Source: Balanoglossus misakiensis (Eukaryota > Animalia > Hemichordata). Taken from it: a DNA stretch of 64,000 bases. The stretch covers positions 18,895,028 through 18,959,027 of the forward strand of contig CM082576.2 in the NCBI GenBank assembly GCA_040954595.2, written 5' to 3'. The notes beneath the pieces were generated by a model that worked only from the letters and a program-made list of their open reading frames with translations, was not told the DNA's origin and did no database searches. This document shows positions 36,501-49,900 of this stretch, piece after piece (within the stretch, counting starts at the first letter, position 1; each line of letters starts with the position of its first letter). The translations under genes and the position numbers were made by a program.

Positions 36501-39500
36501 ATCATCAAAAAATGACAAATTTTCGACTTTGCAAAATCTCAAAAGTCCATCGATTTTGAAAAAAAACATGGGTGAAAATCTTCAAAAAATGACAAATTTT
36601 CGACTTTGCAAAAACTCAAAATTTCGTCGATTTTTGAAAAAAAATGGGTGAAAATCATCAAAAATGACAAAGTTTCGACTTTGCAAAATCTCAAAATTTC
36701 GAAAATTTGTCATTTTTTGATGATTTTCACCCATGATTTTTTTCAAAAATCGACGAACCCATAATTTTTTTCAAAATCGACGAAATTTTGAGATTTCGCA
36801 AAGTTGAAAATTTGACATTTGTTGATGATTTTCATGAGCTATAGCCCATGATTTTTTTTTCAAAAATCGACGAACCCATGTTTTTTTTTCAAAAATCGAC
36901 GATTTTTTGAGATTTCGCAAAGTTGAAAATTTGACATTTGTTGATGATTTTCATGAGGTATAGCCCATGATTTTTTTTTTCAAAAATCGACGAAATTTTG
37001 AGATTTGCAAAGTCGAACATTGGTCATTTTGATGATTTTTACCCATTTTTTTTTTCAAAAATCGACGAACCCATGATTTTTTTTCAAAATCGACGAAATT
37101 TTGAGATTTTGCAAAGTCGAAAATTTGTCATTTTTTGATGATTTTCATCCATGTTTTTTTCACAATTCAACGAACCCATGATTGTTTTCAAAATCGACGA
37201 AATTTTGAGATTTTGCAAGAACCCATGATTTTTTTCAAATTCGACGAAATTTTGAGATTTTGCAAAGTCGAAAATTTGTCATTTTTTGATGATTTTCACC
37301 CATGATTTTTTGCAAAAATCGACGAACCCATGATTTTTTTCCAAAATCGACGAAATTTTGAGATTTTGCAAAGTCGAAAATTTGTCATTTTTTGATGATT
37401 TTCATCCATGTTTTTTTTTCAAAATTCAACGAACCCATGATTTTTTTCAAAATCGACGAAATTTTGAGATTTTGCAAGAACCCATGATTTTTTTCAAAAT
37501 CTCAAAATTTCGTCGATTTTGAAAAAAATCATGGGTTCGTCGATTTTTGAAAAAAAAACATGGGAGAAAATCTTCAAAAAATGGGAATTTTGTCGATTTT
37601 TGAAAAAAAAAATCATGGGTGAAAATCATCAAAAAATGACAAATTTTCGACTTTGCAAAATTTCAAAATTTCGTCGATTTTTGAGAAAAATCATGGGTGA
37701 AAATCATCAAAAAATGACAAATTTTCGACTTTGCAAAATCTCAAAATTTCGTCGATTTTTGAAAAAAAACATGGGTGAAAATCATCAAAAAATGACAAAT
37801 TTTCGACTTTGCAAAATCTCAAAATTTCGTCGATTTTTGAAAAAAAACATGGATGAAAATCATCGAAAAATGACAAATTTTCGACTGCAAAATCTCAAAA
37901 TTTCGTCGATTTTTGAGAAAAATCATGGGTGAAAATCATCAAAAAATGACAAATTTTCGACTTTGCAAAATCTCAAAATTTCGTCGATTTTTGAAAAAAA
38001 ACATGGATGAAAATCATCGAAAAATGACAAATTTTCGACTGCAAAATCTCAAAATTTTGTCGATTTTGAAAAAAGTATGGGTTCGTCGATTTTTAAAAAA
38101 AATCATGGGTGAAAATCATCAAAAAATGACAAATTTTCGACTTTGCAAGAACTTCGAGATTTTCGTCGATTTTTGAAAAAAAAAATCGTGGGGGGGGGGG
38201 AAATCATAAAAAAATGACAAATTTTCGACTTTGCAAAATCTCAATATATCGTCGATTTTGGAAAAAAAAACATGGGTTCGTCGAAAAAAAACATGGGTGA
38301 AAATCATCAAAAAATGACATATTTTCGACTTTGCAAAATCTCAAAAGTCCGTCGATTTTGAAAAAAAACATGGGTGAAAATCTTCAAAAAATGACAAATT
38401 TTCGACTTTGCAAAAACTCAAAATTTCGTCGATTTTTGAAAAAAAATGGGTGAAAATCATCAAAAATGACAAAGTTTCGACTTTGCAAAATCTCAAAATT
38501 TCATCGATTTCTGAAAAAAATCATAGGGGAAAATCATCAAAAAATGACAAATTTTCGACTGCAAAATCTTAAAATTTCGTCAATTTTTGAAAAAAATCAT
38601 GGGTAAAAATCATCAATAAATGAAAAATGTTCGACTTTGCAAAATCTCAAAATTTCGTCGATTTTTGAAAAAAATCATGGGTGAAAATCATCAAAAAATG
38701 ACAAATTTTCGACTTTGCAAAATTTTCAAAAATTCGTCGATTTTTGAAAAAAAAAATGGGTTATAGCTTATGAAAGTCATCAACAAATGACAAATTTTCG
38801 ACTGCAAAATCTTAAAATTTCGTCGATTTTTGAAAAAAAAACATGGATGAAAATCATCAAAAAATGACAAATTTTCGACTGCAAAACCTCAAAATTTTGT
38901 CGATTTTGAAAAAAGTATGGGTTCGTCGATTTTTAAAAAAAATCATGGGTGAAAATCATCAAAAAATGACAAATTTTCGACTTTGCAAAATCTCAAAATA
39001 TCGTCGATTTTGGAAAAAAAAACATGGGTTCGTCGAAAAAAAAACATGGGTGAAAATCATCAAAAAATGACAAATTTTCGACTTTGCAAAATCTCTAAAG
39101 TCCGTCGATTTTGAAAAAAAACATGGGTGAAAATCTTCAAAAAATGACAAATTTTCGACTTTGCAAAAACTCAAAATTTCGTCGATTTTTGAAAAAAAAA
39201 TGGGTGAAAATCATCAAAAATGACAAAGTTTCGACTTTGCAAAATCTCAAAATTTCATCGATTTCTGAAAAAAATCATAGGGGAAAATCATCAAAAAATG
39301 ACAAATTTTCGACTGCACAATCTTAAAATTTCGTCAATTTTTGAAAAAAAATCATGGGTAAAAATCATCAATAAATGAAAAATTTTCGACTTTGCAAAAT
39401 CTCAAAATTTCGTCGATTTTTGAAAAAAATCATGGGTGAAAATCATCAAAAAATGACAAATTTTCGACTTTGCAAAATTTTCAAAAATTCGTTGATTTTT

Positions 39501-40195
39501 GAAAAAAATGGGTTATAGCTGATGAAAATCATCAACAAATGACAAATTTTCGACTTTGCAAAATCTCAAAATTTCGTCGATTTTGAAAAAAATCATGGTT
39601 TCGTCGATTTTTGAAAAAAAACATGGGTGAAAATCTTCAAAAAATGACAAATTTTCGACTTTGCAAAAACTGAAAATTTCATCGATTTTTGAAAAAAATA
39701 ATGGGTGAAAATCATCAAAAAAGACAAAGTTTCGACTTTGCAAAATCTCAAAATTTCGTCGATTTCTGAAAAAAATCATGGGTAAAATCGTCAAAAAAAT
39801 GACAGATTTTCGACAGCAAAATCTTAAAATTTCGTCAATTTTTGAAAAAAAATCATGGGTAAAAATCATCAAAAAATGACAAATTTTCGACTTTGCAAAA
39901 TCTCAAAATTTCGTCAATTTTTGAAAAAAAAATCGTGCGGGGGGGAAATCATCAAAAAAATGACAAATTTTCGACTTTGCAAAATTTTCAAAAATTCGTC
40001 GATTTTTGAAAAAAAAAACATGGGTTCGTCCATTTTTGAAAAAAAAAACATGGGTGAAAATCATCAACAAATGACAAATGTTCAACTTTGCAAAATCTCA
40101 AAATATTGTCGATTTTTGAAAAAAAACATGGGTTCGTCGATTTTTGAAAAAAAAAAAAACATGGGTGAAAATCGTCAAAAAATGACACATTTTTA
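33600..40195. repeat. 78-bp satellite, divergent block with three orientation switches (~34895, ~36700, ~37497)
   Basis: Tracts alternate between GTCATTTTTTGATGATTTTCACC and its reverse complement GGTGAAAATCATCAAAAAATGAC. Confidence 0.95.
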
Positions 40196-40219
40196 TCGTG
40201 GCCCCTACACGTCAATTTT

Positions 40220-40780
40220 AATTTATTATTTTGAAAGTTAAACTTTAATTTTAGATAGACAATATCTTTTCCCAAGAAGTAAACTTTAATTTTGGTGGCG
40301 GCAACTAATTTTGATGGACAAAACTTTTTGATTTTGACAATAAAACTTTAATTTTAATTATCACAAATTTTATTTTAGAGAACCAAATTTTATTTTTCGA
40401 AAGCAAATTTTATTTTTTCCAAGAATAATATTTTAATAAGGATTTATTTTGTCCAAAATAAACAGTAACAACTTGAGATAAACTTATTCATACTACGTGG
40501 ATTTTTTTTTCAAAAAGGTATGTTTTAATTTTTAAAGAAAAAGTTCATTTTGTAAAATAACAAATTATTTTTCCCAGGTGAAAATATTTTACGGAGTTAA
40601 ATTTTAATTTACATTTAAATAACCTTTAAACACTCGAGATAAAATTATATGTACTCGATGGAATTATTTAACTTTTTAAAACAAAATGTTTTTATTGCTT
40701 AAGAAAAAACAAATTTTTACTAATGTTACAAATTATTTTTCCCGGGTGAAAAGTTTATTTTACAGGGATCAATTTAATTT
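40220..40780 (+). repeat. AT-rich arm, diverged inverted copy of ~43575-43977
   Basis: TATTATTTTGAAAGTTAAACTTT...ATAGACAATATCT..CCCAA at 40224 onward pairs with the reverse complement of ~43923-43973. GGGTGAAAA.TTTATTTTACAG at ~40744 pairs with ~43593-43613. Confidence 0.7.
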
Positions 40781-40896
40781 ATAACACACCATGCAGCGAA
40801 CCCTCGATCGTGATTCGTCAATACGACGTCACGTGACCTTAGTCATTTCGAACTGTTGCCTTGGGCATCAGTTCGATAGGTTTGGTGTGTTATAAA

Positions 40897-41082
40897 ACAC
40901 ATGATGGCTGACATATTCGGGCAACAGTGTATTTTTAATGACCTCGGGACTGCCAGTCACACCAAAACAGTCTGTTTTCCCTCGGGCTATGCCCTCGGGA
41001 AAACAAGACTGTTTTAGTTGTGACTAGCAGCACCCTCGGTCATCAAAATACACTGTTGCCCTCATTGTCAGTCATCATGTGT
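40897..41082. mobile_element. Palindromic non-autonomous element (Crypton-like appearance)
   Basis: ~186-bp imperfect palindrome ACACATGATGGCTGACA...TGTCAGTCATCATGTGT centred on CCCTCGGGCTATGCCCTCGGG. The neighbouring 40779-40895 has TTATAACACACC / GGTGTGTTATAA ends. Confidence 0.6.
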
Positions 41083-41083
41083 A

Positions 41084-42020
41084 CCGTAATCTATCCTTCG
41101 GTTCGACCAGGAAAAAATAATTATTCTTTACAAAAAGACGAAACAATGGGGGTAAAAATGAGTCAAAGTGCCAGAACGATCCCCTCGGACATTTATGCAA
41201 ATTAGGTTCAAATAGGCTTCATGGTGCGATTGAAAATCAACCACACATTTCGCCACTTGTCCCATTTGTTGTTCCACATCAAATAAATGGAAGATCCGAG
41301 AAAATCCACACTTTCCCAGTTTTTGTACAGTCATCCTATAAGTATAAGCGCTTCTACGGTACCGCCTGTGAGTCTTACAGCTTTGAAACCAGTGCGTAAT
41401 ATAAAAGCATACGGGATGTGGGAACACGCTTTGAGGTGGTCCCTTGGGACAAAGACGTTTTTAATTTATTCACGCACAGGGATGTATTTTTAGCCAGACA
41501 TCGACAATGGCAAGACCTAGTTGCCTAGCAATTATCACCATGAACTTTGCTACAAGTTTCACTATCACTTCCACTGGGCCTCTCAATTTTTTCAGCAGCG
41601 CCCCAGCGGCAGTAAGTTCCGACTACCTCAAGGCTTTGCCTGTAGGTTTTGGGGCTCCTCATTTTACTGATGACCATCAGCAACAAGGCAAATTGACCGT
41701 AGACTAAGCAAGGTGCTAAACATCGCTCTTTTCAGAGGGGTAATTTTACATGCAAGCTCATGAGCAACTGCCACTTGTATCCCCTCAATTTTCAGCCACC
41801 CCCCTGTTACAAAATGACCCCTTTCCTTAATTAACTATTCACGCCTGATTTGAGGTCAGACAAGGGTCATTCATTCATGGCGTTTTGAGCTCAGGCCAAG
41901 GGGAAAACGGTTACGCGTTTAGCACTAGGCGAAATTTTAGGGGTTGTTAAATAATTAATTATCTGAAAAATAGTGGGTGGACTAACTAATGGAGTGGTCG
42001 AACCGATAGAACGATTACGG
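41084..42020. mobile_element. Non-autonomous Tc1/mariner-type element
   Basis: TA|CCGTAATC......TCGGTTCGACCA on the left and TGGTCGAACCGA......GATTACGG|TG on the right. Confidence 0.7.
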
Positions 42021-42027
42021 TGTACTG

Positions 42028-42467
42028 ATTTCTAGTAACACAACTTATGGGGGCGCTCTTTCTAATGCTACTGACAAACTTTTGTTATGAGGGCGCAATT
42101 CAGGTTTCGGCGTGCGAATTTCTTTTACATGCATGACAAAATATATTTTCAGAAAGCGAAATATTTTTTTCTTCGCGGCGGAAATGAAGCTATCCCACAA
42201 TTCCCGTAAATGAGGACGTTACAGGAGTGCATAAATCCAACAAACACATGAGATGGCTATCTATCCACAGTGCAATGTTTACAGATTGTATCTACTATAC
42301 TACGACCCGGGCAGACAAATCCGGACAATCTCGCCGACGTATCGTAGACCTTTGAATGACGCTGTCGATCAAATTGAATACAAGATCTAGGGGAGTCGGT
42401 CCGTGGGAGAAATCGGCCAGGTGCGAACTTGGCTCGTAGGATCGTTTAAATTAAAGTCCTTTAAATT
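42028..42467 (+). repeat. Left arm of a ~440-bp inverted repeat
   Basis: Reverse complement of 43139-43570, high identity throughout. Confidence 0.92.
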
Positions 42468-42783
42468 ATGTTTCGTGTATGCTTCACATTTTACGTGTAC
42501 AGTAAACCACAGTGCTGCTCTGTCCCTGTCCCTAGGCAGTTTGTGGAGTGACCGTGGTACAGTCGCCGCCGTTTAATCAGGACACCATGAGTTATATATA
42601 GCCGCTCTAGAAAACATGACCTCAGACAGGTCCCTCAGGACCGTGCCTCCAATTCAACGATCACGTAGATGGACGCGCTGCCGCTTATGAGGTCACCGGG
42701 GAGCTTTCCAAAGTGGTCGCGTGGAGCTGCTTCAGTCCGTCCTCGACGTGAAACACCCGAAATTGGAAGGGATAGCCGGTTAA

Positions 42784-43131
42784 AGGGACAAAGTCTCTCT
42801 CTCGCTGGCCTTTTTCCATTAATTATGTTTGATACAAGACGCCGTTTATGTTATTCTACATGTGGATATATGGTGAATCAACATTCGACCACACACAACT
42901 TCCATCTCGTTTGTAGGATATAAGAGTAAAACCTCGCCCAAAATGAATAAATTGTAAAAAACAAATATTCATTATGGCGAGTTTTTTTCACTCTCCTGTC
43001 TATAAGAGGTATGGAAGTTGTGTGTGGTTGAATGTTCATTCACTATGTATCCACATGTAGAATAACAAACGTTGTCTTTTATCAAATATAATTAATGGCA
43101 AAAAGGGCAGCGAGAGAGAGACTTTGTCCCT
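42784..43131. mobile_element. Kolobok-type TTAA MITE, copy 2
   Basis: TTAA|AGGGACAAAGTCTCTCTCTCGCTG...CAGCGAGAGAGAGACTTTGTCCCT|TTAT; same family as 8584-8926. Confidence 0.85.
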
Positions 43132-43138
43132 TTATTCG

Positions 43139-43570
43139 AATTTAAAGGACTTTAATTTAAACGATCCTACGAGCCAAGTTCGCACCTGGCCGATTTCTCC
43201 CACGGACCGACTCCCCTGGATCTTGTATTCGATTCGATCGACAGCGTCATTTAAAGGTCTACGATGGCGGCGAGATTGTCCGGATTTGTCTGCCCGGGTC
43301 GTAGTAGATACAATCTGTAAACATTGCACTGTGGATAGATAGCCATCTCATCTGTTTGTTGGATTTATGTACTCCTGTAACGTCCTCATGTACGGGAATT
43401 GTGGGATAGCTTCATTTCCGCCGCGAAGAATAAAATATTTTGCTTTCTGAAAATATATTTTGTCATGCATGTAAAAGAAATTCGCCCGCCGAAACCTGAA
43501 TTGCGCCCTCATGAAAAAGTTTATTAGTAGCAATAGAAAGAGCGCCCCCATAAGTTGTGTAACTAGAAAT
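43139..43570 (-). repeat. Right arm of the ~440-bp inverted repeat
   Basis: Reverse complement of 42028-42467. Confidence 0.92.
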
Positions 43571-43986
43571 TAGATAAAAATATATTTACATCTGTAAAAT
43601 AAAATTTTCACCCGCGAAAAGTAATGTTACTTAAAAAAAGTTTTACAAAATTAAATATTTCTTTCCGGAAATAAAATAATTCTATGTAGTATAGATAATT
43701 TTATCTCAAGTCTTAGAAGTTTATTTTGGAAAAAAGTCTTAAAATTTTAGTCTCGGGAAAAAATAAAATTGGCTTTCGGAAATTAAACTTTTGTTCTCTA
43801 AAATAGGAGTTGTGTAAAGTAAAATTATAGTTTTACTGTCAAAATTAAAAAGTTTACTCCACTGAAATTGAAATTGTGTGCGTCAAAATTATAGTTGCCT
43901 TCACGAAAACTTTATTTTACTTTTGGGAGGAGATATTGTCTATAATTTTGAAAGTTTAACTTTCAAAATAATATTTTAGGCCTGAC

Positions 43987-46900
43987 ATGATTTTCACCCA
44001 TGATTGTTTTCAAAAATCGACGAAATTTTGAGATTTTGCAAAGTCGAAAATTTGTCATTTTTTGATGATTTTCACCCATGATTTTTTTTCAAAAAATCTA
44101 CGAAATTTTGAGATTTTGCAAAGTCGAAAATTTGTCATTTTTTGATTATTTTCACCCATGATTTTTTTCAAAAATCTACGAAATTTTGAGATTTTGCAAA
44201 GTCGAAAATTTTTCATTTTTTGATGATTTTCACCCATGATTTTTTTCAAAAATCTACGAAATTTTGAGATTTTGCAAAGTCGAAAATTTGTCATTTTTTG
44301 ATGATTTTTACCCATGATTTTTTTCAAAAATTGACGAAATTTTAAGATTTTGCAAAGTCGAAAATTTGTCATTTTTTGATGATTTTCACCCATGTTTTTT
44401 TTCAAAATTGAACGAACCCATGATTTTTTTCAAAAATCGACGAAATTTTGAGATTTTGCAAAGTAGAAAATTTGTCATTTTTTGATGATTTTCACCCATG
44501 ATTTTTTTCAAAAATCGACGAAATTTTGAGATTTTGCAAAGTCGAAAATTTGTCATTTTTTGATGATTTTCACCCATGATTTTTTTTTCAAAAACCGACA
44601 AAATTTTGAGATTTTGCAAAGTCGAAAATTTGTCATTTTTTGATTATTTTCACCCATGATTTTTTTCAAAAATCGACAAAATTTTTAGATTTTGCAAAGT
44701 CGAAAATTTGTCATTTTTTGATGATTTTCACCATGATTTTTTTTTAAAAAATCGACGAAATTTTGAGATTTTGCAAAGTCGAAAATTTGTCATTTTTTGA
44801 TGATTTTCACCCATGATTTTTTTCAAAAATCGACGAAATTTGAGATTTTGCAAAGTCGAAAATTTGTCATTTTTTGATGATTTTCACCCATGATTTTTTT
44901 CATAAATCGACGAAATTTGAGATTTTGCAAAGTCGAAAATTTGTCATTTTTTGATGATTTTCACCCATGATTTTTTTCAAAAATCGACGAAATTTTGAGA
45001 TTTTGCAAATTCGAAAATTTGTAATTTTTTGATGATTTTCACCATGTTTTTTTTCAAAAATCAACGAACCCATGATTTTTTTTCAAAAATCGACCAAATT
45101 TTGGGATTTTGCAAAGACGAAAATTTGTCATTTTTTGATGATTTTCACCCATGATTTTTCTCAAAAATCGACGAAATTTTGAGATTTTGCAAAGTCGAAA
45201 ATTTGTCATTTTTTGATGATTTTCACCCATGATTTTTTTCAAAAATCGACGAAATTTTGAGATTTTGCAAATTCGAAAATTTGTAATTTTTTGAAGATTT
45301 TCACCCATGTTTTTTTTCAAAAATCAACGAACCCATGATTTTTTTTCAAAAATCGACCAAATTTTGGGATTTTGCAAAGACGAAAATTTGTCATTTTTTG
45401 ATGATTTTCACCGATTATTTTTCTCAAAAATCGACGAAATTTTGAGATTTTGCAAAGTCGAAAATTTGTCATTTTTTGATGATTTTCACCCATGATTTTT
45501 TTCAAAAATCGACGAAATTTGAGATTTTGCAAATTCGAAAATTTGTAATTTTTTGTTGATTTTCACCCTTTTTTTTCAAAAATCAACGAACCCATGATTT
45601 TTTTTCAAAAATCGACAAAATTTTGAGATTTTGCAAAGCCGAAAATTTGTCATTTTTTGATGATTTTCACCCATGATTTTTCTCAAAAATCGACGAAATT
45701 TTGAGATTTTGCAAAGTCGAAAATTTTTCATTTTTTGATGATTTTCACCCATGATTTTTTTCAAAAATCTACGAAATTTTGAGATTTTGCAAAGTCGAAA
45801 ATTTGTCATTTTTTGATGATTTTCACCCATGATTTTTTTCAAAAATCTACGAAATTTTGAGATTTTGCAAAGTCGAAAATTTGTCATTTTTTGATTATTT
45901 TCACCCATGATTTTTTTCAAAAATCTACGAAATTTTGAGATTTTGCAAAGTCGAAAATTTGTCATTTTTTGATGATTTTCACCCATGATTTTTTTTCAAA
46001 AAATCGACGAAATTTTGAGATTTTGCAAAGTCGAAAATTTGTCATTTTTTGATGATTTTCACCCATGATTTTTTTCAAAAACCTACGAAATTTTGAGATT
46101 TTGCAAAGTCGAAAATTTGTCATTTATTAATGATTTTCACCCATGATTTTTTTTCAAAAATCGACAAAATTTTGAGATTTTGCAAAGTCGAAAATTTGTC
46201 ATTTTTTGATGATTTTCACCCATGATTTTTTTCAAAAATCTACGAAATTTTGAGATTTTGCAAAGTCGAAAATTTGTCATTTTTTGATGATTTTCACCCA
46301 TGATTTTTTTTCAAAAAATCTACGAAATTTTGAGATTTTGCAAAGTCGAAAATTTGTCATTTTTTGATTATTTTCACCCATGATTTTTTTCAAAAATCTA
46401 CGAAATTTTGAGATTTTGCAAAGTCGAAAATTTGTCATTTTTTGATGATTTTCACCCATGATTTTTTTTCAAAAAATCGACGAAATTTTGAGATTTTGCA
46501 AAGTCGAAAATTTGTCATTTTTTGATGATTTTCACCCATGATTTTTTTCAAAAACCTACGAAATTTTGAGATTTTGCAAAGTCGAAAATTTGTCATTTAT
46601 TAATGATTTTCACCCATGATTTTTTTTCAAAAATCGACAAAATTTTGAGATTTTGCAAAGTCGAAAATTTGTCATTTTTTGATGATTTTCACCCATGATT
46701 TTTTTTCAAAAAATCGACGAAATTTTGAGATTTTGCAAAGTCGAAAATTTGTCATTTTTTGATTATTTTCACCCATGATTTTTTTTTTCAAAAAATCGAC
46801 ACAATTTTGAGATTTTGCAAAGTCGAAAATGTGTCATTTTTTGATGATTTTCACCCATGATTTTTTTCAAAAATCGACGAAATTTTGAGATTTTGCAAAG

Positions 46901-49900
46901 TCGAAAATTTTTCATTTTTTGATGATTTTCACCCATGATTTTTTTTCAAAAATCTGCGAAATTTTGAGATTTTGCAAAGTCGAAAATTTGTCATTTTTTG
47001 ATGATTTTCACCCATGATTTTTTTTCAAAAAATCGACGAAATTTTGAGATTTTGCAAAGTCGAAAATTTGTCATTTTTTGATTATTTTCACCCATGATTT
47101 TTTTTTTCAAAAAATCGACACAATTTTGAGATTTTGCAAAGTCGAAAATGTGTCATTTTTTGATGATTTTCACCCATGATTTTTTTCAAAAATCGACGAA
47201 ATTTGAGATTTTGCAAAGTCGAAAATTTGTCATTTTTTGATGATTTTTACCCATGATTTTTTTTTTCAAAAATCGACCAAATTTTGAGATTTTGCAAAGA
47301 CGAAAATGTGTCATTTTTTGATGATTTTCACCCATGATTTTTTTTCAAAAATCTACGAAATTTTGAGATTTTGCAAAGTCGAAAATTTGTCATTTTTTGA
47401 TGATTTTCACCCATGATTTTTCTCAAAAATCGACGAAATTTTGAGATTTTGCAAAGTCGAAAATTTGTCATTTTTTGATGATTTTCACCCATGTTTTTTT
47501 CAAAATTGAACGAACCCATGATTTTTTTCAAAAATCGACGAAATTTCGAGATTTTGCAAAGTAGAAAATTTGTCATTTTTTGATGATTTTCACCCATGAT
47601 TTTTTTCAAAAATCGACGAAATTTTGAGATTTTGCAAAGTCGAAAATTTGTCATTTTTTGATTATTTTCACCCATGTTTTTTTTCAAAAATCAACGAACC
47701 CATGATTTTTTTTCAAAAATCGACAAAATTTTGAGATTTTGCAAAGTCGAAAATTTGTCATTTTTTGATGATTTTCACCCATGATTTTTCTCAAAAATCG
47801 ACGAAATTTTGAGATTTTGCAAAGTCAAAATTTGTCATTTTTTGATGATTTTCACCCATGATTTTTTTTCAAAAATCGACGAAATTTTGAGATTTTGCAA
47901 AGTCGAAAATTTGTAATTTTTTGATGATTTTCACCCATGTTTTTTTCAAAATTGAACGAACCCATGATTTTTTTCAAAAATCGACGAAATTTTTAGATTT
48001 TGCAAAGTCGAAAATTTGTCGTTTTTTGATGATTTTCACCCATGATTTTTTTCAAAAATCGACGAAATTTTGAGATTTTGCAAAGTCGAAAATTTGTCAT
48101 TTTTTGATGATTTTCACCCATGATTTTTTTCAAAAATCGACGAAATTTTTAGATTTTGCAAAGTCGAAAATTTGTAATTTTTTGATGATTTTTACCCATG
48201 ATTTTTTTTTCAAAAATCGACGAAACTTTGAGATTTTGCAAAGACGAAAATTTGTAATTTTTTGATGATTTTCACCCATGACTTTTTTTCAAAAATTTAC
48301 GAAATTTTGAGATTTTGCAAAGTCGAAAATTTGTCATTTTTTGATGATTTTCACCCATGTTTTTTTTTTCAAAAATCGACGAAATTTTGAGATTTTGCAA
48401 ATTCGAAAATTTGTAATTTTTTGATGATTTTCACCCATGTTTTTTTTCAAAAATCAACGAACCCATGATTTTTTTTCAAAAAAGGACAAAATTTTGAGAT
48501 TTTGCAAAGTCGAAAATTTGTCATTTTTTGATGATTTTCACCCATGATTTTTCTCAAAAATCGACGAAATTTTGAGATTTTGGAAAGTCGAAAATTTGTC
48601 ATTTTTTGATGATTTTCACCCATGATTTTTTTTCAAAATTCGACGAAATTTTGAGATTTTGCAAAGTCGAAAATTTGTCATTTATTAATGATTTTCACCC
48701 ATGATTATTTTTCAAAAATCGACAAAATTTTGAGATTTTGCAAAGTCGAAAATTTGTAATTTGTTGATGATTTTCACCCATGTTTTTTTTCAAAATTGAA
48801 CGAACCCATGATTTTTTTCAAAAATCGACGAAATTTTGAGATTTTGCAAAGTCGAAAATTTGTGATTTTTTGATGATTTTCACCCATGATTTTTTTCAAA
48901 AATCGACAAAATTTTTAGATTTTGCAAAGTCGAAAATTTGTCATTTTTTGATTATTTTCACCCATGATTTTTTTCAAAAATCGACAAAATTTTGAGATTT
49001 TGCAAAGACGAAAATTTGTCATTTTTTGATGATTTTCACCCATGATTTTTTTTCAAAAATGTACGAAATTTTGAGATTTTGCAAAGTCGAAAATTTGTCA
49101 TTTTTTGATGATTTTCACCCATGATTTTTTTCAAAAATCGACAAAATTTTGAGATTTTGCAAAGACGAAAATTTGTCATTTTTTGATGATTTTCACCCAT
49201 AATTTTTTTCAAAAGTCGACGAAATTTTGAGATTTTGCAAAGACAAAAATTTTTCATTTTTTGATGATTTTCACCCGTGATTTTTTTCAAAAATCGACAA
49301 AATTTTGAGATTTTGCAAAGTCGAAAATTTGACATTTTTTGATGATTTTCACCCATGTTTTTTTTCAAAAATCAACGAACCCATGATTTTTTTTCAAAAA
49401 TCGACGAAATTTAGAGATTTTGCAAAGTCGAAAATTTGTCATTTCTTAATGATTTTCACCCATGTTTTTTTTTCAAAAATCGACAAAATTTTGAGATTTT
49501 GCAAAGTCGAAAATTTGTAATTTTTTTATGATTTTCACCCATGTTTTTTTCAAAATTGAACGAACCCATGATTTTTTTCAAAAATCGACGAAATTTTGAG
49601 ATTTTGCAAAGTCGAAAATTTTTCATTTTTTGATGATTTTCACCCATGATTTTTTTTCAAAAATCTGCGAAATTTTGAGATTTTGCAAAGTCGAAAATTT
49701 GTCATTTTTTGATGATTTTCACCCATGATTTTTTTTCAAAAAATCGACGAAATTTTGAGATTTTGCAAAGTCGAAAATTTGTCATTTTTTGATTATTTTC
49801 ACCCATGATTTTTTTTTTCAAAAAATCGACACAATTTTGAGATTTTGCAAAGTCGAAAATGTGTCATTTTTTGATGATTTTCACCCATGATTTTTTTCAA

